Shown here one piece after another: positions 1 to 13,449 of a stretch of 64,000 nucleotides of DNA. The position numbers were made by a program, and so were the translations under genes. Origin of the DNA: Oikopleura dioica (lineage: Eukaryota > Animalia > Chordata). The notes below the pieces were generated by a model that worked only from the letters and a program-made list of their open reading frames with translations, was not told where the DNA came from and did no database searches. Each line of letters opens with the position of its first letter. Positions within the stretch are counted from its first letter, which is position 1. The stretch lies in contig OU015569.1 of the NCBI GenBank assembly GCA_907165135.1, positions 5,332,001 to 5,396,000 on the forward strand, in the 5' to 3' direction.

Positions 1-1210
1 TGGACATGTTGCCTCCGTAGGCCTTGATAATGGCGTGACCAGGACAGAGATCCCACTTTTTGATCAGAGTAGTGTGGATGTAAGCTTCTGCGACACCTTC
101 GAAGAGACTGACCGCTTTATAACCTACATATATCGATAAACCCCTGATGCATGTTTCAAAACTATACCAGCGCCGCCAGCAGGGACGACAGTGACATCTT
201 CACCGAGACTGGCCTTGGCGACATCCTTGACACCACCAGCGTGAGATCGAGAAACGATGACAGAGTTCTTGGGAGCCTAAAAAGCGTGTCGATATTTTTA
301 AGAGACTGTGTTGACTTACGCTGGCAGAGTTGTCAACCATGTTTCCACCGTGGCCAACCCAAGCCCAAGAAGTAGACTTTTCGAATGGTTTATGGATGAT
401 ACCAGCGATTGGCTTTTCGTCTATAAATGCAATTTTCATCACAGAATAATAATTGTTAGGAGCTTACCGTAAACAATGCAGACCATAGTGGTGACGTACT
501 GACGAAGATCTTCAGTGTATTCTTGAGTGGCGTCGAGGGGATCGATCCAGACTGTGATTCGGTTGGGGTCGAGGAATTCGTCAGAAGTGAGAATTCTGTC
601 GACCTGATAAGAATATATTGAATCGTTAGAATATACAACAAATCTCACCTCTCGGTTTCGGTTGGAAGGAGCGGCAACAGCGTCCAAATCGGGCTTGGCG
701 GTGTGTTCTTCAGAGACAACGTGAATGGTTGGGAAGTACTTGGTAAAACCGAAGGTCATTGCCTTGTGTGATTCCTAGAATGGTCAAGATAATTAAAGTG
801 AAAGATTGAAGATAGATTTACTTTGTCTCCGTTTGTGACTGGATCGTCAGCGCCAATATCGCCAGCGGCGACATCGTCGTGAGTGCCCTTTGAAGCCTGT
901 CCAATGTCGGGGGAGTTTCGAATGTCGACGAGGATCTTGCCACCTCGTTCGGCGAATTCGATTGAAGCCTTGATCAGCTCTAGAATGATGATAATAAAGC
1001 GAATTAACGGGTAAAGATGGTACCTTTCATGGAAACTTGAGTTGCAGTGGACTGAAGGGGCACTGGTGCGGGCACCAGGATGTAGTAACAGAGTGCAATC
1101 ATAGAGAAGAATCCAACGAGAAGACCAAGAGGGGAAATTCTGACGCCGGTGTTACCAAGTCTCACCTAAAAAGACATACTCAATAACTGTCCAACAAGTA
1201 ATTGAACATG
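1..1210 (-). CDS. IMPAD1: Golgi PAP phosphatase / inositol monophosphatase 3, multi-exon, 3' end runs off the window
   Basis: Exons read ..GVRISPLGLLVGFF..ERGGKILVDIR..DDPVTNGD|KESHK..FPTIHVVSEEH..VWIDPLDATQEYTE..PIAGIIHKPF, which includes the inositol monophosphatase WIDPLDAT motif; GT-AG introns. Start position uncertain. Confidence 0.85.
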
Positions 1211-1896
1211 GAATGATTGCACCTTAATTATTTGAAAGGTCAATTATATAAAAAATCGCAATTATTTTTATTATTCGAGAACATTTTAGACACTGACATC
1301 GAGGTGACATCTTAGACTCACATAGCGAAAATGTTTGCGGGCGAACTAAATTTAGTTTAATTTGAAAAGTAGGAAACAAAGACTTTCGAGAAAATCAAGA
1401 AAATGAACACCGGAAGGATAGAACATGATTTACCTCCTAAAAAGGGTCAAGAAGAGGTTTCATTTTGCGAAAAAGTCCAACTGGGCAGTTTCACCCGTGA
1501 TTAAATCTAAATAAAGCAGCGAATTTTTGCTCACCTGAAGCTTTTGCAAAGCGGAGAGTTTACCCAGTGGGGCATACTTAGTATCCGACATTTCCTTTCT
1601 TAAAATAAGTAAATTATTAGCAAACCGGTTTTCGATAAATGGATCTTTCGCCCGTAACAGTTGAGGGGAAATAGCGCGCGTTCGAGGCCCATTAGTGTAT
1701 AAAAAATAATTGTCGTATCAGTAATTACGAATGTGATGAAGAAAGTGGGGGCCCAGCGGAGATTGACGGAATACAGGAGATAAAAGTGAATGTAAAATAT
1801 CGAGATCGAGCCATTCCTGAGTTTGGGGACTTGCTGAATTCTTATTTTAAATGGCGAATAACTGAGGGTGGAAAGGACTGCGAAATTGTATTCCCA

Positions 1897-2636
1897 TTAG
1901 GTTGAGGTCGTTGGGTTATTGTTCATTTGTTGATGTTCTTGGGCTTCGGTAAGGTTTGTGATATTATCGGTGAAAGTGCAGCCAGTGAGACCGGGACCGT
2001 TCCACTTTTTGGATGAACGATGACGATCTTTGTCTCTTCGGTAGGAAACTTGCGGCGGATGACGAATTCCACGGAGCTATTCGCTTTCGATTTGATGATA
2101 TTCATCATTTCCCGAGCATGTGTGTAGTCTTTTTCAATCAAATTCTCCACCCGTAGAACCGCGTCTCCTTCCATCAGTCCCGCCAAATCAGCTGGGCTTC
2201 CGGGCTGCAATTATTTCGTTATCAGAAATACTCGAAAAGAAATGGTTAACCTGAATCACTTTTATGTAGCAAATTTGTTTGTAGTTTTTATAAGTGGTTT
2301 CAAGAGGAACTTCTTGGAACTTTCGAGGCAATGACGGCCCTTTTTTGAACTTGTGGAGGTCGTGAAGCGCGGCTTCGATTCTTTTCATGATATCTTTGTG
2401 ATCATTTTGCGCGCAAACAAAGCGGTTCCGAGCGAATCTTCAGTAAGTTTAAGTTAGTTTGGCCGATAAATCAAGTAAGGTTACCTGATTTCTTCTATGT
2501 TTAGGTCAGCACGGGGGAATCCATGAGCGTCAACCAGTTGCTCGTCGTATTTAGCATTAGCGTAGTGAACTGCAAGTAATTCTTCCAAATCATCTTTTTC
2601 TTTCATCAACTTTTTGAGTGCCTCCTCGAACGTCAT
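1897..2636 (-). CDS. PSMD9: 26S proteasome assembly chaperone p27 (PDZ domain)
   Basis: LVDAHGFPRAD..IR|FARNRFVCAQNDHKDIMKRIEAALHDLH, then PDZ segment QPGSPADLAGL..; the C-terminal KWNGPGLTGC motif needs one extra base in the T-run at 2006-2010. Confidence 0.85.
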
Positions 2637-2798
2637 TTTAGAGCGGTCAACTGATGGCATTTAGTCTAAAATCGAAATCGTAAGGAGAGGAACTCTTTAT
2701 AAAAATGAAGAGGTCAAGATTTGTAAGAAAATAAAAGGAAAGGTATAAATTGGAAGTGAAAAGGGAAGGTGTCTGGCTCTTCAAAAGCGAAGAACGGA

Positions 2799-4372
2799 TT
2801 ATTTCCAGTCGAGAACGCGCATGAACTCTTGCTCGGAGAAGTCGAGGACGCGCGCCGCCTCCAAATGCGTGCACTTGTTGCGCAGCACCTCAATCAGCTT
2901 CGACTGCTTCTGAATAACGGACTTGTACTCGCTTACTAGCTTTTTTTGGCGCGCAGTCTCAGCCGTTGCTTCGTTGTATTGGGCCTTGGCAACGACGCCG
3001 TCGTCTTTGTGTTTGCGTGTCATCTCCGCCATTTCGAGTTTGTATTTTTGAGCCTAGCAAAATTATTAGATATTTGAATTATCAAAAATATAAACAAGAA
3101 ATTGAATCTTTCTTCGATAAGTTCAAAAAGCTACCAGATAAGTAAAAATGTATTTTACCTCTTCAAGAGCTCTCTGCAGCCGCACATCATTCTGCTGTTG
3201 TTTGGGCTTCACAGTTTTCTTGGCTCGTTTAAGATCATCAAGTTCTCTTCGGATAAGTTTCAGCTCGCGCTGCGCCTCTTCTTTTTCCTTGCTTGCGTCT
3301 GTGGCGGCTATTTATTCGCGTTAGATCGAAATTCAAAACTCCTTGTTCCAAATATCTTACCATTTTTAGACTTGATGAGATCTTTCTTCAGCTTTTCATT
3401 TTGTTTCGTGAGGAATTCGGTGCTTTCGCCGTTGGTCTGTGCCTCTCGCTTGGCTTTGTGTAGCTTGTCGCCTGTTTTTTGAAGTTCTTTGGTCAATTTT
3501 TTCACTTCTTCTTCGAGCACGGTGACGCGGGCTTTGAGGAATCGTTCGCGGCCCTCTGCAGGCACTCGTTGGTCTACGTTGATTTGGGCATGTTCTAAAT
3601 AAGTCCTCAAAAAATCATGATTTCAATTATTAGACGATAATCTCTCTATGAAAATTCTTTCACTAACCGTTGTAGTCGTTCAGGTCGATTCTGGATTTAA
3701 TCTCGTCAAGGTTCGCTGCGAATTGCGTTCGATCGTCAAGGTCAACCAGCTTTCCAAGGTTGCTTGCCGGCTCAACATCGACACTTTTCACGAGCTCTAA
3801 GTTGTTGATTGGTATTCTGTCGATTATCCTTGGGCCAGAACAAAAATAAAACTTGCAAGCGTCGCATCTTGGCAATAGCCAAAACAATCGGCCCACTAGC
3901 GAAACAGCTATCTTTATGCCTAATTGGGAATTAGACAATACCAGGATTTCCTTTTTTTGTGCCGGGAAAATAAAAAGGCGGACTCGTAAAATTGAGGATG
4001 AGGTAAGTGACCATTTCGATTGTGGCCAAGACAAAAGGATTTTACTAATAAATCATCATTACGATGTTTACAAGACGTGGGAAAATTCAATAATGAAATG
4101 AATAGGAATCATGATGTTTTATGCAATTATGAGCATAAATCTGTTTAAAATAGCTTAAGACTACTAATTGTTTTAAAATTTCAAAGAATAAATCTAAAGA
4201 AAGGAAAACTCCGCAAATTACCTATGAGCGTGTCCATATCCTCATCCGATTGTGTTGTGTCCTTTTCGATGTTTTCATTTTGCTTTGGTTCTTCGTTGAG
4301 AATCTCATTGGCGAGCGATAAGGCTTTATTTATTTCCTGATCTCTCAACTGCAACGCGTCCAGAGCGTCCAT
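2799..4372 (-). CDS. TEX9: Testis-expressed protein 9-like coiled-coil protein
   Basis: Motifs ERFLKARVTVLEEEV and C-terminal KQSKLIEVLRNKCTHLEAARVLDFSEQEFMRVLDW; the 5' exon structure is uncertain. Confidence 0.75.
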
Positions 4373-5005
4373 TCTAAAGCTGACGCAGGCGATAAAAAGG
4401 GGTTGTTTAATTAAGTGTTAGCATTTCCGTATTCGTAACATCAGGCGGTATTTTTTTCGCGTTTTACGGCGCCTAGAGCGAGGGCTAGAGCACAACATTG
4501 TAACTTAGCTGCGGTTTGTTATCAGCGGGACCGGTAGGGAACACGACCCACCGACCCCGCCCAAGGGGAGCCATGAACTTATTACGACGCCATTTACGAC
4601 TACTGGAACTTTTTCAAGCTCAACTCAAGTGAAATCAAAACACTTGGCGAACGCTTGAGTTCGTGTTCCCGGAGTGGACTTGGCAGAGCGCGAGAAATTC
4701 CTCAATATAAATCTCTATTCGTTATTTTTTCAAGACACCCAAGTTTTTGCTGACACAGCCGTTCTATCTTGCAAGCTTTTCAAAAATAAACGAACTTCTA
4801 ATCAGCTCGGGAATAATCTATTGATGAAAAATAGGATCAACTTGAGAGTCCTCAAAAAAACTTAGCGTATGAGTCATACGATATCACTTAGGAAGTAGCA
4901 ATCGAGTTGGTAATGGATTTTTAGAACAACGAAATTAAAATTCTAATAAAAAAATTTGTCAAACTATCGTAGCAAACAGCTTCGCGAATGAATGAATTGT
5001 TTGTT

Positions 5006-5535
5006 TTATTTTCTGCATTGCAAAAGAGTGACAAGGATAAATTGCAGGTCATTGTGGATGGCAGTGAAGTCTGATAATTTATTGGTAAGCTCCGTGTGCA
5101 TTGCTTCCGCGGCGTTTTCTAAGTCGCTGAGAATGACGTCTTCAGTGACGATGTTACGAATGCGCTGGTAGAACTCGACCCGGAGGCGCTGATGGGAAGC
5201 TTGTTTGTTTTTGAAATCATCTTCCATGCATCCTAGAACATTTGTTTAGATCTACTCTCGTCTGATTTTTGCTCGTTCGCTATTGATCAGTTATTTTATG
5301 ATCAAGTAATTATCAAAGTACTTTCTGGAGCAAATACAACGGATAACGAATTGAAATCAAGGAAGAGAACATGCTTACCGACAGCCGCGAGGCTGGACTG
5401 CAGCTTGAGTAGGGCACGACGGTCCTTTTCTTTCTTCATTTTGGCTTTGATAAGAATTCGGATGTGCTCAAGAGCATTGGCAATGTCCTTCTCGGTGAGT
5501 TTGATTTCACTGGTAGTCTCGGTGACACGTGTCAT
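5006..5535 (-). CDS. Uncharacterised small coiled-coil protein (2-3 exons)
   Basis: Two adjacent helical ORF segments (MTRVTETT..LQSSLAAV; MEDDFKNK..HNDLQ) separated by an intron-like gap; no family recognised. Confidence 0.45.
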
Positions 5536-6087
5536 CGCCGTGCCGTATGGTTGTCTTCGCACGCGTGTTTCCTCAAAACTCGGAAAGAGTGAGGCTTGAA
5601 ACGAAGCTCCTTCATTCCGCAACAGCGACACTTGTATTTGTGTAAAATTCATATTCTTGGCTCCCTGCCAGTGCGCCGTGGGAGAACAATCAATTTCTCT
5701 CTTCGCGTTAAAAAAACGAAAAGCCCTCAAAACTGGTCGATGACGCGATTGAATTCGAAATAAATTTCTACTCCGTGGTTTGAAAATATAGAATAAGGGG
5801 AACGTTCGAGTGGGTGTCAAGAGCGCCCATTTATGATTTCCAAACAATAGTGAATAAAGACGCCAAGCGTAAAACAGACGGTGAAGTTCACATTGGATGA
5901 TTCTCTGCAGCTGATAGCGCGGCTTTGTCTTTAGAAACGCATTTGGAGCGTGAAATTGCAAGAAAAAAAGCGAACCATCTTGATTTGAACCGATTCGAAA
6001 AGGAAGGAAGTATATTCTACAGAAAATAGCATTGGGCATTGAAATAAAATAAAGAACTTGGTAACAGATTACGATTGAAACGTTGGA

Positions 6088-7789
6088 TTAGGCATCGTTA
6101 GCTAAAAGAGGTTGGCGATCGGAACTGCCGATTCTCGTCCTGTTGCCATTTCGTTGAGCTCGCTCAAGCTCGGCGACAGTAGAGGGCAACTGAGTACCGC
6201 GAGTTTCAGCGAGGAAAAGGGCAGCTAACGCGCTTATCAAGCCAGCCGCTGAAAGTATCACGTAAACGAAATAGGAACGATCTTCGGTAAACATATTCGG
6301 AAGTAGCGGAGCTTGCCAATGATGTTATTAATTTTAAGCAACGAGTTGTTACGAAATAAGTTGCGAAAATGACTAGACGAGCTAGTCACAGTAAATAATA
6401 ACTATCCTTCATTTTCACAAAAGCAAGTGTAACATCATTTCCTATGATTCCTCCAATACGGGCACAGCACGATGAAATGGCTAGACCGACAGAGCGAACA
6501 TCGCTTGGGAAAAGCTCCCCGCCGTAAATGTAAATCAGGAGAATGCTGCTGCCACGCAGAGCTTGCCAAACATCGCCGATCCCAAGACAGCGGAAGAAGA
6601 GCCTTCCTGACCGGCGTGATGAATGAGTGCGAAGATTGTCGAGAAACAGCCTAGAAAGACGCCAAAGAAAGAAAGGGAAGTTGAGCGACGGCGGCCGAAG
6701 AATTCGGACTCCATGAGGTAAAATGCAATAATGTAGGAAGGAATTTCGACCAGTCCAGAAAGGCAAAGAGAAACGTTTGGATTAGGATGAAGTCCTGATA
6801 GGTTGAGAGTCAAACCATAATAGCAAAGAGAAGCGGAAAACCATAGAATGCCCATGATCGTTACACGGGAAATTACTGCTTCTATGAGAAGAAATTAATC
6901 AAGCTGAAGGTTCGCTCATTTTTCTTACTGTTAAAAATCATCATACATCCAGCGGCTTCACCAGCAGGCGGGGACTTTAACTCAGGTGGGTCCATCTTGA
7001 TGCCATTCTTGTTAGCGAGCAAGACAAAAGCAGCAGCACTTTCATCAATGCGGTTTTGAGAAAGCAGCCACCGCGGCGATTCAGGGATTCCAATAAATAA
7101 GGGCAAGAGCGAGAAAATAAAAGGAAGACTGGAAATGAGGAGGATCGTAGAGTAGGAGTCAAATAATTGTCCGATAAGAGCGAGGAAAGCGATTCCGATT
7201 GCAAATACACCTGGCGAAATGTTGCCAGAAATGGCCCAGACGTTTGATGGCAGCAACTCTTGCTGGTAAACGAAACCGACGAGGCCAAGACCGCCTGTCA
7301 AAAAGCCGGAAACAAGGCGAAATGCTACAAGTATAATAATGCGAAATGAAATTTTCTATAATCTATATCTGAAAAACAAGAAAGAAAGTTTACCAAGAAA
7401 AGAGTTGACAGACCAGCAAAGCGTTCCGAATACTTGAAGGATAATCAACAAAGGAAGCACTGCAAAATATGGGCGCTTGCGGCCATAAGTATCAGCGACG
7501 ATCCCCATCACAAAGTTGCCACCCATGACACCAAGCATATAGATTGAACTTGCCAAAGACACTTGCAACTCGCTCAGGTGCCAGGGCCATTCTTCATTTT
7601 TCAAAATCGGCGTTAGGATGACCATGAGACACATTTGAAAAGCGACAAGAACCTGCGTTGTCACTAAATAAAGGGTTGATGCATGTGTGTTTCCTGCTGA
7701 ATATTACATTGAAGCCCAAATGTGTAGTAGGAGTACCATCCTAGTGATTTCCCATTAGTGACGATTTCGAAGGCCTGATCGGCGTCCAT
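6088..7789 (-). CDS. SLC22/organic cation transporter-like MFS protein
   Basis: ADTYGRKR, PESPRWLL, YYGL, ELFPSDVRSVG, ARIGGI and FLAETRG motifs; GT-AG introns; one missing base near 6539. Confidence 0.85.
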
Positions 7790-7946
7790 TCTGCAAATCT
7801 CGACGATAAAGTATGCAATTGCAAGAAATCGAAAACAAGATTTGGCAATGAAAGTGGATATCATGTTTGGAAGTGAACAGCAAGGAATGTGAGTGAAATA
7901 ATGAACCGCACAGATGTGAAAGAATAATTTTCAAACAAAAGAAGAA

Positions 7947-9260
7947 TCAATCCCAAAGAGAGATTCCCTTCTTGTCTTTTGTTGCTTCCGCCCACTCGGC
8001 AAACTCCTCGAGCGCTTGTTGGCGACGAACAGCGGCCTCTTTTTCTTTTTGTATGGCGAGTTTCTTCTTCATCTCTTCGACCTTGATTTTCAATTCGGCC
8101 TCTTCACTCTTCAAGTTGATGAGCCGGATGATTTCGTTGACGTCCCCGCTATAATTTTTATTGAATATATTTTTAAAGCTGATCTAGACCTACCCGCAGG
8201 ATTCGAGCTTGTGAACGATACGGTCCCGGGCCGTCTCGATCTCGGCCGAAACATCAAGGAGATTTTGGCCGGTCTGAGAAGACACCTGCGCTTCGTCAGC
8301 CTTGAGAGATTTTCTAGCTTCTTCGACAGCTTCTTTCAACGGATCTAAAATAGTTCTGTTACTTTCTGATTTCCTGGTTCAAATTAATTACCCAGCTGGG
8401 TGACGAGTGCTTCTAAATGAGTAAGCTCCTCTCGGGTCTTCTCAGCGCTTTCAGCTTCCTCTACTCTCGCTTTTTTCTCTTGATAGATCGCGTTGACTTC
8501 TTGCAGTTCTGCGATCAACTTCTCGAACTTCGTGCGCTGCCTTTTGTTCAGCGCCTTTCGCTGCTTCGGTCCCTTATCACGGAACAGCTGGTTGAACCAG
8601 CGTTGATAGGAGACGATCCGCTGTAGCTGGAGAGGGTCAATGTTCTTGAGCCTTTCCGGGTCGCGGATCGCCTCCATCATCGGCTGGAGGCTGTTCACCA
8701 CTAAAAATATTTTACTTCACTGTCAGCCATTATTACTCAGAACATATATTTAAATACTAAAAAGAACTTACTGTGAACCGCGCTGATCTCAATCTTCGTC
8801 ATCAGGGCCCCATTAGGCCAGCTGGTGATGCCAGCGGCGAAAGGGGCCTTCTCGGGAAGCGTCGTTGTGGCATCTTTCGCCCTCGCCTTGGAAGCAAGAC
8901 TGCCAGTGCTGGAGCTCGGCCGCATGTTTGTCCCTTTACAAAATGATTAAAATATCCCTCTTATTAATCAGTTTACCTGGAGTCTTTCCAGCCTTCGAGG
9001 AGAGTGCGTTATCCGATTTCGAAGAGGCCAGCGACCTTTTTGAAACCGGTCGTTTGGTCTTCCCAGAATCCGCTAAAATAATAAATGAAACAGTCAGTAA
9101 GCAAATATGTCTAACCTCTAGGGGCCTTCAACGGCGAAGAGGCCGATCCAGGCTCAAACTTGGACTCGTTGAGTGTTTTATCGCTCAAGAGCGTGGCGTT
9201 CGCACTAGCCACCTTCTTCTCGGCGGCTTGGCGATATCTAGAGGCTACGAATCGGGACAT
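7947..9260 (-). CDS. Coiled-coil protein, possibly HAUS8/HICE1-like augmin subunit
   Basis: N-terminus MSRFVASRYRQAAEKK and later IEISAVH resemble HAUS8 motifs by eye, followed by long coiled-coil exons. Confidence 0.45.
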
Positions 9261-9628
9261 CTCTCAATCAATTCTTTAATAATATTCTCTGTGAATGAAA
9301 GATGTTCTCGATTTTATTAATTAAATAAAAGAAAACATAGTGTATACGGGCACGTGAAGAAAAGCCGAGCAATTGGCCAGAGAGAGGGAATCGTCATTTG
9401 GTAACGAAATTTACGTTACAAACAGGGAGAACTATTAAATCCGCTGGACCATCAGTTATAATTTAGCACCAACACGTACAATAGGTTTGAACTGGACGGA
9501 ATGCGCCAAGCGAAGAGGCAGTTTATGGCTTTATATTTGTTTGGCAAGTGCTAGGCGATAAATTAATGGAGGAAAGGGAGCGAAGATAAAGCACTGTAAG
9601 ATAAATGAATAAGCGTAGCATAATCAAA

Positions 9629-12600
9629 TTAGAAACGAATGGTTTGCATTCCTTGACCGACGATGCAGAGAGAACACTCACTGTCAAAGGCAAAGTCGCT
9701 CGGGTCGGCGACGTGGGTGTAGAATGCTTCGACGAATTTAAGGTGCTCGTCGTAGTGATGAATTCGTTGATCGATCGTCAGTGCCCAAAGCTGATTTCTT
9801 CGGAATCGCAATCTTACGATACCGCAAGCAGACAGTGGTAGTTCCTTGATTTTCAGCTCTGGCTGCGGCTCCACAGTAAGTAATTTTCCAGCATCGCCTC
9901 CCAAAACGAACGACTTTCCATTCGTCGTCGAAAAGGTCTGTATTGCTGCGTCATCTACTCTATGATCTGATGAATTGCTTATTTTCTCCTCGAGTTCCTT
10001 GAGGAAATAAACTTTGAAGAAGCCACCTGAATCTGTCATCGCAAGCCTCTGATTGTTGTAAACAGCCACAGAGAGTGGGCAATGCGAACTGAAAATAAAT
10101 TTATTAATCTCAAGGTTTTTATTTCTTCTTCAATTACCCGTTCAAATCGAAAGAAAAGTACTCCTCGAAGAAACGGTTATCTATATCCACATTATAGACA
10201 GTAGCATGTTGCGTGGAAGAAAATACAATAAGAAAAGTCTTTTTATCTGCTACCCAGAAGGCGCCACAGGTGATTTTCCCAAGAGTATCTTCATGCTTTC
10301 TTTTCTTGGCCTCTTGAAAGCTCGGCAACTTCGGTAAGAGCTCAACTATGATATCGATGCCATCTCTTCGTTTGTAAGTAAAAACTGAAACGTGTCCTTT
10401 GGATCCAAACCCAGCAACTAAGTAGTGAAGTGCTGTCCCAGCAACATTTATGGTAGCCGAGCCACACATAGTTACTGGCCTCGGAAATTTCGTTTTACCG
10501 ATTCGGATTGAGCAGTCATCACTCGTAGTTACTTTCAGTGGTTGGAGTTTCCAGTCGTTTTTCCAGGGTCTTACTTCGATCGAGTTAATTAGTCCAAAAT
10601 GCCCGCATCCGTCAACAGTTTTCGTTTCGATCGACTCTGCCGCCAATTCCAGCAGATGCACGCGACCTTTATTTAGATATACAAGTGAATGTGGCCTGTC
10701 ATTCGCTGTGGAGTAGACAAAGCTCGCCTGACGATGGCGACCACCAGTATTGCATCTGAATAGCTCGTGATCTCCTTGGAAAAGCACGAAATCGGCGCCC
10801 GTGTGGCCAAAGTAGATTATCTCTTCGACCCTCTCTAGGAATGCGATTGGACTCTCAATCTTCAAGCGGATGCTGCTAGTCTGCCTCAACTGCCCGTCGT
10901 CCATTTCCCATTTCTTAATTGTCCCATCGTTACCACAGGTGATGATATGATCTCCGTCGTAGAGGATGCTTGCTACACCGTTGCGTCCATTTTTCCCACT
11001 GTGCGCCAGGACCTTGCTATTTTTCGTGGTGTTGGTTTCGTTCCTTCGGACTCCTTTCTTTGAAAGCCCCAGAATACATAAAGATAACCCTGACAGGTTC
11101 CTACAGCTAGAAAATCATTTTGGAGCCATAAAGCAGCAGTAGGCATCGGGTTCTTGGCTTTTCGAAGACTGACATGTAAATCCGTGACTGTGATATCAGG
11201 ATGAGTTCGCTCCTCATGATCCACGAGGATCAGCCACATCCTGAGGTCATCTGTCACGCAAATAAATTCGATCCATCCGTGCCGTCTGTTGAGCACTTCA
11301 TCACTTATTTTCACCGGAATAAGAACCTTTGCGTGCGACATCAACCGATTCGATGGAAACTTGATCGATTCAAGCCTTCGTTTCTGTTTTGTGGATTTTG
11401 ATAGACACAACAGGCGAAAAATGCAGGAGTTTCTTTGAATACTTTCCCCATTTTCGTGGCGCGTCTCATTTTCAGCAACAAGGACGAGATGGCGATTAGC
11501 TGCGACGAAATGGTGGCGATTGAGTGGAAGTACATTTGCCTTAGAAGCTAGGTCTAGGATTGGGGGTGACAGATGGTGATCCAAAAAAAGTTGCTCGGGA
11601 TGAATCACCAAAAGGTGGTGATCGGGTTTCTCGGATCACCAGAGCTTGGTGATCGAGACTCGATCCTGGTGATCCGCTGGTGATTGTTAGCAGAAAATTT
11701 TTGCAGATTTGCTAGTTTTAACGCAAAAGGTCATATTATTATATATTGGGCAAAATAAGCCTATCAATTAAGCTGATCGAAGAAATAACAGGCACTGATT
11801 TTCACATCTGGCCTCGATCACCAACCTCTGGTGATCGGAGAACCCGATCACCATTTTTTGGTGATCCATCCTGAGCAAATTATTTTGGATCACCAACGGT
11901 CACCCCAAATCCTAGACCTAGCTTAGAAGTACCTTGGTAAATGGAGCCAGACTCCGCTGTTACATGGCTGATGTATAATTTTCGCTATTTTTGATAAAAG
12001 TGCAATGACGAAGTCAATTAGATAATTTATAATTCCAAAGAGATATGCTAGCCAGCGCCTATATAGATTCTTTCGATGAGGTTTCCATCCCTAGTACCGT
12101 ACGTCAGGGTAAGCACCTTGTCGATCGATTCTTCGATTTCTGTAAGGACCGATGCCTCGCTTCGGTAGACGCTGCCCGAAGCGCCCGTCGAGTCCATCTC
12201 ATCCGGTTGAGAGCATTTGGTACGACGCTTGCTCACAGCTCCTGTCTGGTGGCCGCAGATAAACGACTCGCCGGTAAGTACAACGTGCCACACAGCGCCC
12301 ATACTGTCGTTCTTTATCATGCGCAACGGCATGTTCCCTGCCTCAAGCTTGTAATTCCAGAGGCAGACCTCATTTTCCCCTCCAGACGCCAATAATCCAC
12401 TTTCATTATAATCCAGCGACCAAATTCGCGCAGTGTGGCCAAGATAAATCTTCACAGATTCCAGTCCACCACTAGTAATAGAATTCCATTGGTGATTCTA
12501 AGGGCGTTCCTACTACCTCGTTTTCCATTGTCGGATAGTTCGGTCGTCGGAGCCGGAAAAGACAAATTGCTCACTGGCGATAAGACAAAAAATTGACCCA

Positions 12601-13424
12601 GTGTGGCCCTTTCAAGAGTTTTGCTAATTTTTATAAAAGAAATTCATCATCTCTGAACTTCTAGTTCAAGATAAAGCATAATAAAAATCCAACGACCCTT
12701 CAATTCACGCTAATCAGATTACTGTAATATTCCTGAGAGAGTTCATTGAAGATTTGTGGAATTATTTTTCTCTTTCCTTCGCAACAGCAAAGTTATCAGA
12801 ATCGCCTACGAACCGTGCTTCTACGGTATTAAAGATAGTTCCAGATAAAGCTACAAGTCTGCTCTCAAACATCGCAAAACATGCCGAATAAAGGAGTCGA
12901 TGCTCAGCCTCGCTAAGATCAGGGACGATCGAATTGTTGCGAAGAAAAGCGTGGTTTTCCGAAAATGCACAAACTTCGCTAGGATACTCTCTGCCACGTG
13001 CTGATTCTAGGGTTACAAATGATGAGTACTCGAGTGCAAATCTCGGTAATTTGTAACACTGGCCTGGCACCAGCCACGACGGATGGACGTTTCCGAACTT
13101 GAAATTGAAAACTTCCTTGTCCGACCAAACGGCCAAATATCCATCGAACACTTTCAAACCGGAAATACTCGTCTCGCTCTTCGTCTTTCTTGAATAAACC
13201 TCGGTCATGCTGTCGCAATCGTAGAAGATAATGTAGCTTCCCCTGCCTGCAATTAGAAATAGTCAGTTTTGTTTCATGAATGAATGAAGAGACTTACAGC
13301 AAATGATCAAATTTTCGAGCGGAGCGCCACCCCTTTTTCTGTGCCTATTGCCCTCTCGGAAGGTCTCCCATGCAGGCATCACTGCCAGGCCAGTTACTGG
13401 CAGTCCTGCATGCTCAGCCCGCAT
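9629..13424 (-). CDS. WDR6: WD repeat protein 6 (Trm734-like tRNA methylation cofactor); one exon interrupted by a MITE
   Basis: N-terminal LPVTGL, LYSACF..SGTIFN, GHTARIW, NDFLAVGTCQGYLYVF and C-terminal CIVGQGMQ match WDR6 by eye; many short introns. Confidence 0.8.
11548..11921. mobile_element. 374-bp hAT-type MITE with long imperfect terminal inverted repeats and 8-bp TSD
   Basis: Ends CTAGGTCTAGGAT...ATCCTAGACCTAG with about 130 bp of imperfect inverted repeat rich in GGTGATC/GATCACC motifs; exact flanking repeat CTTAGAAG at 11540-11547 and 11922-11929. Confidence 0.9.
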
Positions 13425-13449
13425 TCTCTTAAAGTCGCCATATTAAAGT

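Noticed and set aside
1340-1890. Possible small minus-strand membrane-protein gene(s) between PSMD9 and IMPAD1
   Set aside because: Splice-like signals and hydrophobic frames exist, but I could not build a consistent model or recognise a family.
2006-2010. Apparent frameshift near the PSMD9 C-terminus (also SLC22 about 6539, the RING-CH gene about 14938, TMEM26 about 19266 and 22915)
   Set aside because: Each is a single missing base in a homopolymer of an otherwise intact conserved gene. This is the signature of long-read consensus error, so I do not call pseudogenes or programmed frameshifting.
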